Source: a virus
Lineage: Duplodnaviria; Caudoviricetes
Virus record (IMG/VR): IMGVR_UViG_3300010362_000046
Coordinates: 1-41,236 of that record
Strand: one strand, 5' to 3'
Length of the DNA stretch: 41,236 nt
The translations under genes and the position numbers were made by a program. Under the pieces are notes generated by a model. The model saw only the letters and a list, made by a program, of their open reading frames with translations, made no database searches and was not told the DNA's origin. Positions 35,574 through 41,236 of this stretch are shown piece by piece. Numbering within the stretch: the first letter of the stretch is position 1; each line of letters opens with the position of its first letter.

Positions 35574-35584
35574 TGCTACACTAG
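35574..35584 (+). promoter_or_regulatory. Extended -10 promoter
   Basis: TGCTACACTAG, intergenic. Confidence 0.7.
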
Positions 35585-35693
35585 GTCTCGTGAGAGTCCC
35601 CGCCCCTGAAGGAGGCACCGTGTTCCTGTTCTGCGTCGCCTACGCCGAGAAGCGTGCACGTGAAGCAGCCGCAAACGAGGCCGAGGAGGCATC

Positions 35694-35999
35694 GTGACCC
35701 CGAGCCAGATCCGAGCCGCCGCGCTCGCCTACAACGCCGACTACCCCGAAGCGGCCGACGAGATCGCCGTCGGCGACCCCGAACTCCACGTCTCCGCCGG
35801 ATACATCGGCTACGACGGCTATCGGCTCGTGTCGACCTACGGCATCCGTACCGCCGACGGTGGCTTCATCGCCGCCGAGGAACCGCTGGTGACCGACGTC
35901 CGCCGTCGCGACAAGCGCGAGTCCGCCGTCGACGCCGCCGAGAAGCTGTTCCGCAACTCCGACGGTGTCCCCGTCCGCATCCAACCGACAGGAGCCTGA
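35694..35999 (+). CDS. Hypothetical protein
   Basis: GAGGAGG RBS; 101 aa. Confidence 0.65.
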   Translation: MTPSQIRAAALAYNADYPEAADEIAVGDPELHVSAGYIGYDGYRLVSTYGIRTADGGFIAAEEPLVTDVRRRDKRESAVDAAEKLFRNSDGVPVRIQPTGA

Positions 36000-36000
36000 C

Positions 36001-36282
36001 ATGGCCCACTGGCAAGCCCGCACGATCGACCACGGCGACTGGGTCGACCTGCCACCCGACCGCCAAGAAGTGATCGCCGACAGCCCGGACGAGAAGGAAG
36101 CCGTCCTCGACGCGCTCCAGAAGTCCCTCCCGCTCGGCGAGCTACTGAAGCTGCTGCCCAAGGTCGCGCGCGAGCGCCACGACGAGTGGCAGGACTGGCA
36201 CGTCGTCCACGACGACGAGCACGCCACGTTCTCGGCCCGCCGGGCCGGGGGCTACGTCTACGTGAAGGGGGAACCCAAGTGA
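36001..36282 (+). CDS. Hypothetical protein
   Basis: AGGAG RBS; 93 aa. Confidence 0.65.
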   Translation: MAHWQARTIDHGDWVDLPPDRQEVIADSPDEKEAVLDALQKSLPLGELLKLLPKVARERHDEWQDWHVVHDDEHATFSARRAGGYVYVKGEPK

Positions 36283-36563
36283 GTGTCCGCACCGTGAAAC
36301 ACGACGGCTACAAGTTCTCGACCGCGTCGAGCCGCCGGTTCGTCGTGTTCAAGATCTTCGACGACGACAAGCCGTTCATCGTGAAGCGCACCGACTCGCC
36401 GACTACGGCGGGCCGCGAGTACGTGAAGCGGGTGGGCGGCTCGGGCCGGACCGTGATCGTCGACTTCCGTGACGGCGATGTCCCGGCCGACTCGCATGCG
36501 CCGGTGGGCTCGGGAGCCTGCTTGGCGTCGGGTCGGTCTCCGGCATCGTCTCGCCTGACCTGA
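36279..36563 (+). CDS. Hypothetical protein
   Basis: GTGA overlap; 94 aa. Confidence 0.6.
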   Translation: MSVRTVKHDGYKFSTASSRRFVVFKIFDDDKPFIVKRTDSPTTAGREYVKRVGGSGRTVIVDFRDGDVPADSHAPVGSGACLASGRSPASSRLT

Positions 36564-36564
36564 G

Positions 36565-36582
36565 TACGATGTGCTACACTAG
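36565..36582 (+). promoter_or_regulatory. Extended -10 promoter (leaderless)
   Basis: TACGATGTGCTACACTAG, identical to 37869-37886. Confidence 0.75.
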
Positions 36583-36586
36583 GACC

Positions 36587-36787
36587 GTGATGAGGTACCG
36601 CCGACTCCCCGACCACTGCACCGAGAAGGGCTGCACCGAACCAGTCGAGTTCGAGGTCGCCTTCGACGACTACGACACCGACGGCCCCGGCACCGAACGC
36701 CGGATCGTCGTCACCACCTACCTCTGCCGCGAGCACGCCGAGGATGCTCGCGACGACTCCGACTTCCTCGGCATGACCGGAGCCTGA
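36587..36787 (+). CDS. Small Cys/His protein
   Basis: Start 6 nt after TACACT; CTEKGC...LCREH. Confidence 0.6.
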   Translation: MMRYRRLPDHCTEKGCTEPVEFEVAFDDYDTDGPGTERRIVVTTYLCREHAEDARDDSDFLGMTGA

Positions 36788-36788
36788 A

Positions 36789-37334
36789 GTGCGTATCAAC
36801 ACCGTCGACTGCGCCCGCAAGTCGAAGTTCTCCCGCCGCTGCGAGAAGTGCGGCGCGGAGATCGAGCCGGGCATGACCTACCGCTATATCGAGCCGCGCT
36901 ACGGCCCGAAGCGGTACCGGTGCGGCGACTGCCCGCGCTGGCGCCCGTCGGAGATGACTGGCTCCAAGCTGGCGACGGCGATGGCCGGACAGGAAGACGC
37001 GGCCGACGCGCTCGGCGCGCTCGACCTCTACGTCGACGCCGACGACGTCGACAGCGTCGTGGACGACATCCGCTCGATCCTCGACGACTGCGCGCAGACC
37101 GGCGACGACTGCCGGGACGACTACCAGGACGGGTTCGACAACATCCCGTACAACCTCCAGGAAGGCGACGTCGCCCAGCAGATCCAGGAGAAGATCGACG
37201 CCCTCGAACGCTGGGCGGATGACCTGCGCTCGTTCTCACCGGACGCGTTCGGCGATGACGAGACCCCCCCGAACGAGTACCTGGAGTCCGTCGTGAATGA
37301 CGCCCAGGACCTCGTCGATGGCTTGGAGGCTTGA
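36789..37334 (+). CDS. Zn-ribbon plus acidic helical hypothetical protein
   Basis: CEKCG...IEPGMTY...CGDC; 181 aa. Confidence 0.7.
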   Translation: MRINTVDCARKSKFSRRCEKCGAEIEPGMTYRYIEPRYGPKRYRCGDCPRWRPSEMTGSKLATAMAGQEDAADALGALDLYVDADDVDSVVDDIRSILDDCAQTGDDCRDDYQDGFDNIPYNLQEGDVAQQIQEKIDALERWADDLRSFSPDAFGDDETPPNEYLESVVNDAQDLVDGLEA

Positions 37335-37335
37335 G

Positions 37336-37599
37336 TTGGCGAAGATCACCACCTACGAGTACGAGGTGAGCGGGCACGGCGAGTTCCCGCTCGACATGCT
37401 CCGCTACGACACGGCGTGGCCCGCCTACGAGGCGGAGATCCACCTGTTCGACCCGCCGCGCCCGAGCGGCACGAACCGGGCCGAGTACCTGAAGCCGCGC
37501 ACGATCCGGCTGCGCTCGAACCGCCAGCCGACCGCGGCCCGCTGGGCCAGCTTCGGGTGGAACGTCGGCGAGATCCGAGCCGTGGCGGTGACCCGATGA
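37336..37599 (+). CDS. Hypothetical protein
   Basis: GGAGG RBS, TTG start; VSGHGEFPLDMLRYD...RWASFGW. Confidence 0.65.
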   Translation: MAKITTYEYEVSGHGEFPLDMLRYDTAWPAYEAEIHLFDPPRPSGTNRAEYLKPRTIRLRSNRQPTAARWASFGWNVGEIRAVAVTR

Positions 37600-37772
37600 A
37601 GCTGATCGTCGAACTCGATCTCGACAACGCGGCGTTCGACGCCGACGACGAGATCACCCGCATCCTGCATCGCCTGGGCGACACGCTCGACGGGATCTCC
37701 CTTGGCGTGAAGTACCAGGGCACGTTGCTCGACGTCAACGGCAACACGGTCGGTGCCTGGAGCATCGCCTGA
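37596..37772 (+). CDS. Hypothetical protein
   Basis: ATGA overlap; DNAAF...LLDVNGNTVG. Confidence 0.65.
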   Translation: MKLIVELDLDNAAFDADDEITRILHRLGDTLDGISLGVKYQGTLLDVNGNTVGAWSIA

Positions 37773-37868
37773 GCCGAGAGGTGTCTCGGCGGACCGCGAC
37801 ATGGATGGCGCGGGCGCACGACAGCGGGAGCCGGAAGTGCCTCACCGTCGGCCCGGCTCCCAACCGAA

Positions 37869-37886
37869 TACGATGTGCTACACTAG
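37869..37886 (+). promoter_or_regulatory. Extended -10 promoter (leaderless)
   Basis: TACGATGTGCTACACTAG; ATG 6 nt after TACACT. Confidence 0.75.
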
Positions 37887-37890
37887 AACT

Positions 37891-38058
37891 ATGACAGGAG
37901 ACCCGATGCCCCCGACGTGCGAATGGTTCGTCCTCTGCGACGAACCGGCCTTCGCGCTCATCGAACACCCCGTGCTCGGCGACGTCCCGATCTGCCGTCG
38001 CTGCGCCCAGAAGTTGCAGATCCTCATTGAGTGCAAGCCGCTGGAAGGAGCGACGTGA
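37891..38058 (+). CDS. Small Cys-rich protein
   Basis: CEWFVLC...HPVLGDVPICRRC. Confidence 0.6.
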   Translation: MTGDPMPPTCEWFVLCDEPAFALIEHPVLGDVPICRRCAQKLQILIECKPLEGAT

Positions 38059-38840
38059 GCGACAAGGGCCGGACCGAGCTACTGACCTCGGTCACCAAGT
38101 ACGCGGAGCCGACGAGTACGTCCGGGTTCACGGCGACCCGCGTCAACATCCAAGGCGAGCCGGGCATGAAGGCCGTCGTCCGAGCGGTCGCCGACCAACT
38201 GAAGAAGGGCAACCTGGAGTTCGACCTGAGCGCCAACGCCGGGAAGCCGGTCACGCTGCTCATGGCTGCCGACAACATGCTCGGCGCGCCGATGATCTTC
38301 GCGTGGGAAGGCAAGCCGGTCCTCAAGCCGGACACCGGCCAGTGGCTGTTCATGTCGAAGGGCAGCCGCAAGTACGGCTACCGCCTCAACCTCGACCACG
38401 TCCTCGACGTGGCGGCGGGCTACAACAAGGTCGACCATCTGCGCTTGAAGGTCGAGGAGGTTCGCGCCCAGTATCCGGAGGTGACGGAACTGACGAAGGA
38501 ACGCCTCGCTGAGGTCCCGCCGTCGTCGAACACCTGCTCGCTGGCGGTGTTCGGCACGTTCCAGCTTCCGGGCATGGAGGCGACGCATGAGGCTGTCTGG
38601 CTCGTCTACGAGTACGACGACGAAGACGGCGACGACATCGTCTCGTCGGTGCTGTTCGTCCCGCCCTGGGCCGGATGTTCGGAGCACGGCTCCGCCTACG
38701 GCCGAGACCTCATCGCCCGCGGCAGCGCGGTCGTCGGGGGGATCAGCGTCCCGCTGAAGGAGGCGCTGGCCTGGACGGACCTGCCGCACGAGGAGGTCCT
38801 CGCCCACCTGCGTGCTGCGGTCGCACCGGTCGCGGCGTGA
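38055..38840 (+). CDS. Hypothetical protein
   Basis: AAGGAG RBS, GTGA overlap; 261 aa. Confidence 0.75.
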   Translation: MSDKGRTELLTSVTKYAEPTSTSGFTATRVNIQGEPGMKAVVRAVADQLKKGNLEFDLSANAGKPVTLLMAADNMLGAPMIFAWEGKPVLKPDTGQWLFMSKGSRKYGYRLNLDHVLDVAAGYNKVDHLRLKVEEVRAQYPEVTELTKERLAEVPPSSNTCSLAVFGTFQLPGMEATHEAVWLVYEYDDEDGDDIVSSVLFVPPWAGCSEHGSAYGRDLIARGSAVVGGISVPLKEALAWTDLPHEEVLAHLRAAVAPVAA

Positions 38841-39256
38841 TCCCGACGGACAGTCCCTGCGAGCGGTGCCACGAGCACCCGGCCACGGTCGGCTTCGGTG
38901 ACCCGCCGGAGTGGCTGTGCCTCAACTGCTACGAACGCGCACTCGCGGACGTCGGGCAGATGATCGCCGAGATCCGTCTCGCGCACATCGAACTCGACGC
39001 CGACGTCGAGTGCGCGTTCTGCGGTTTCGAGACGACCGAGCCGGGCTGGATCACCGAACGGGAGCCGGACAACTTCGGCGTCGGTCCCGGCACCGAGCCG
39101 CTCATGCTCTGCCAACTCTGCCGCTCGTCGTTCTCGGTCGGCTCGTGGCTCGCCGGACTCGCACTGGCGAACGACCAGATGGCCCGCGACCAACTCATGA
39201 TCGGGAACGTCCTACGCCGGGAGCTACGCACATGGACCCGTTCGAGCGTTACGTGA
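38837..39256 (+). CDS. Double Zn-finger hypothetical protein
   Basis: Four CxxC pairs; GTGA overlap. Confidence 0.65.
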   Translation: MIPTDSPCERCHEHPATVGFGDPPEWLCLNCYERALADVGQMIAEIRLAHIELDADVECAFCGFETTEPGWITEREPDNFGVGPGTEPLMLCQLCRSSFSVGSWLAGLALANDQMARDQLMIGNVLRRELRTWTRSSVT

Positions 39257-39429
39257 ACGTGAAGTCCGAAGACTTCCACCGGCGGCTGGAGGAAGCGTGC
39301 GAAGCGGCCCTCCAGTCCGGCGAGTACGGCGTGCTCGTGTCGCGCTCACATCCGCTTGACGATGCGACGATCGAGGTGTCCGACAAGGTGCCGTACGGCG
39401 TGATCGCCTGGCAGGTTCCCGAAGGGTAA
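39232..39429 (+). CDS. Hypothetical protein
   Basis: GGGAG RBS; 65 aa. Confidence 0.55.
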   Translation: MDPFERYVNVKSEDFHRRLEEACEAALQSGEYGVLVSRSHPLDDATIEVSDKVPYGVIAWQVPEG

Positions 39430-39518
39430 CCGGGTGAGGTATCTTCCACTTCACTACGGAGCAGATCGGCAGGAACCAATGACGACGGCAGCCGCTCCGG
39501 CTGCCTACCGTCGAACGC

Positions 39519-39746
39519 GTGTGGCTCATCGTCTACGCGCTGTTCATCATGCTCATCCTGCTGATCCTGCTCGGTGGTGCCGTCCGCATCGAGCAGTGGC
39601 TCGACCACGAAGCAGGAGAGGCTAATGAAGGTCCCGGAACTGATCTCCCTCAAGCTGTACGAGCAGAACGACTTCGATCCGAAGAAGCAGCCGGTGAGTT
39701 GGAGCGGCCGATGCTCGAACGGCGCCGGGGGCATCGCGTGCGCTGA
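39519..39746 (+). CDS. Possible small membrane protein
   Basis: MWLIVYALFIMLILLILLGG; overlaps next ORF, so the frame is ambiguous. Confidence 0.35.
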   Translation: MWLIVYALFIMLILLILLGGAVRIEQWLDHEAGEANEGPGTDLPQAVRAERLRSEEAAGELERPMLERRRGHRVR

Positions 39747-39867
39747 ACGCTCTGACTTCACCGTCTTGTGCACGTCCGGCAAGTGGGCACTGTGCGCCGA
39801 ACACACGGTGCCGCTCCTGCGTGCGGTCGCGGCGTACAACGGTGCACGCGTGGAGGTCGATGCGTGA
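39625..39867 (+). CDS. Hypothetical protein
   Basis: AGGAGAGG RBS; LCAEH. Confidence 0.6.
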   Translation: MKVPELISLKLYEQNDFDPKKQPVSWSGRCSNGAGGIACAERSDFTVLCTSGKWALCAEHTVPLLRAVAAYNGARVEVDA

Positions 39868-40190
39868 GCGCCCTGCCGCCCATCGAGTACCGGCTGTGCC
39901 GGATGCTCCGCTCACACGCGATGGAGGATTACTCCCCCGCCGCGCACGAGTACCAGGGGCCGAACTGGGGCCGGACGTTCTGCTTGCGGTGCACGCGCTG
40001 CACGACCCGCCGGTACGTGACGATCGACGGTCTCGGTGAGATCTCGACGCAACGGTACGTGTACCCCGACGGCTACCGGCTCGCTGGCGTCGAGTCACCG
40101 TCGACGCAGGATCTCCGACTCGACTACGTGAAGCGACTGCGCGCACAACGTAAGGCGCGCTCGAACGGCTCTCGAAGGAAGGCGTCATGA
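39864..40190 (+). CDS. Zn-binding hypothetical protein
   Basis: GGAGG RBS; CRMLRSH...CTRCTTRR...YVYPDGY. Confidence 0.65.
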   Translation: MSALPPIEYRLCRMLRSHAMEDYSPAAHEYQGPNWGRTFCLRCTRCTTRRYVTIDGLGEISTQRYVYPDGYRLAGVESPSTQDLRLDYVKRLRAQRKARSNGSRRKAS

Positions 40191-40615
40191 GTCCTCGTAA
40201 GCGCAACGGTCACGACAACGGCAACCTCGTCGCCGGGAAGATGATGTCTCGGTACCTCCAGGAAGTGCGGACGATCCCGGAGTCGAGCAACGTCGGTATC
40301 GGTCGCCTGCCGGGCTTCCCACCGACGTCTGACGATCCGGATGTCGTCGACAAGGCGATCGTCGAACTGCAACGCCGGATCGAGGCGGGAGTCTCACCGC
40401 TCAAGGAACTGCACTACCGGCAGCGGGTGATGGACATGCAAGTCGCGGTCGAGTGGTTGCGCGAAGCGGGCACGGGACCGACCGAGGCCGAGGAGTGGTT
40501 CGTCGCGAACGGCGCCGCGTACTGCCACGCGAAGCACTTCTCGTACGCGGCGTTGCGGGAGATGGGCGTCCCGGCCGAGGTCCTCAAGCGGGCGGGGATC
40601 GCACGCAGCCGGTGA
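40187..40615 (+). CDS. Hypothetical protein
   Basis: ATGA overlap; SYAALREMGVPAEVLKRAGI. Confidence 0.7.
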   Translation: MSPRKRNGHDNGNLVAGKMMSRYLQEVRTIPESSNVGIGRLPGFPPTSDDPDVVDKAIVELQRRIEAGVSPLKELHYRQRVMDMQVAVEWLREAGTGPTEAEEWFVANGAAYCHAKHFSYAALREMGVPAEVLKRAGIARSR

Positions 40616-40962
40616 GCGACGGCCCGCGGCACTACGACTTCGACGGCCAGCCCTGCACGTTCCACGAGTGGGTCGATCTCGTCCAGCGCGGCTGGAACGA
40701 TGACCGCCGGTTCGTGGGCCGCACCGAGATCGGCGGCTACCTCGTGTCGACGGTGTGGCTCGGCCTCGACTACTCGTTCGGCCACGGTGAGCCGCTCATG
40801 TTCGAGACGATGATCTTCGACAACCGCGACATCGAGTACGACACGGACGACGAACTGCACGAGACGTGCCGCCGGTGGCCGTCCCGGCACGCCGCCGAAC
40901 TCGGCCATGCCGCCGCCGTCAACTACGTCCGCGACGTCCTCGCGCTGCGCGGCGATGGATGA
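40612..40962 (+). CDS. Hypothetical phage protein
   Basis: GTGA overlap; VSTVWLGLDYSF...PLMFETMIF. Confidence 0.7.
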   Translation: MSDGPRHYDFDGQPCTFHEWVDLVQRGWNDDRRFVGRTEIGGYLVSTVWLGLDYSFGHGEPLMFETMIFDNRDIEYDTDDELHETCRRWPSRHAAELGHAAAVNYVRDVLALRGDG

Positions 40963-41236
40963 CCGGCTCGTCGCGATGGTCGACGACTACGCGGCGACGT
41001 TCGTCGCCGACGACCGTGCCCGGAAGGTGCTCGTGCTCGTCGCCCGGTTCCTCGACGCTGCGGACGGCCGTCCGCTCCTCAAGGAGGTCGACGCGTCCGA
41101 CGCGTGGCATGCCCGCATTCTCCAGGCGTACCTCGAAGGCACCGAGAACAACTGGACGGTCTGGGAGCAGGTCCTCGCCGACATGCACCCGGCCGTGAAC
41201 GTCTGGTCCGACGGGATGTTGACGGCTCTCGACGTC
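40955..41236 (+). CDS. Hypothetical protein, truncated by window end
   Basis: Frame from ATG 40955 (MDDRLVAMVDDY...) stays open to the end with typical codon bias. Confidence 0.55.
   Translation, partial: MDDRLVAMVDDYAATFVADDRARKVLVLVARFLDAADGRPLLKEVDASDAWHARILQAYLEGTENNWTVWEQVLADMHPAVNVWSDGMLTALDV

Overview
High-GC tailed-phage DNA of actinobacteriophage type (siphovirus-like), read mostly on the + strand. It runs through a virion/tail module (1-15.2 kb: PKD protein, major tail, head-tail adaptors, tail chaperone with probable -1 frameshift, 1524-aa tape measure, minor tails), a recombination/replication module (ERF, HNH, WhiB, HTH replication initiator with internal iterons, DnaB-N/AAA helicase), terminase small and large subunits with no portal after them, and then an accessory region of small ORFs with a TOPRIM protein and ArdC, driven by repeated TGnTACACT promoters. 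The standout is a TIGR-Tas-like RNA-guided system. A 288-aa IS110/Nop-fold protein lacking the RuvC domain (TasA-like, 28804-29670, minus) is coupled to an HTH gene. About 30 units of a 36-nt dual-repeat/dual-spacer element (RAGCGAGCC-N9-GAGYGCACC-N9) are split into six arrays. Five lie on the minus strand interleaved with small ORFs (26.6-30.3 kb), and one 10-unit array sits in frame inside a + strand ORF about 7 kb away (21.7-22.1 kb). A densely hairpinned ~370-nt intergenic region after terL is a candidate ncRNA. No portal, capsid, lysin, integrase, tRNA or CRISPR-Cas was recognised. All protein calls come from motif recognition by eye, not database searches.
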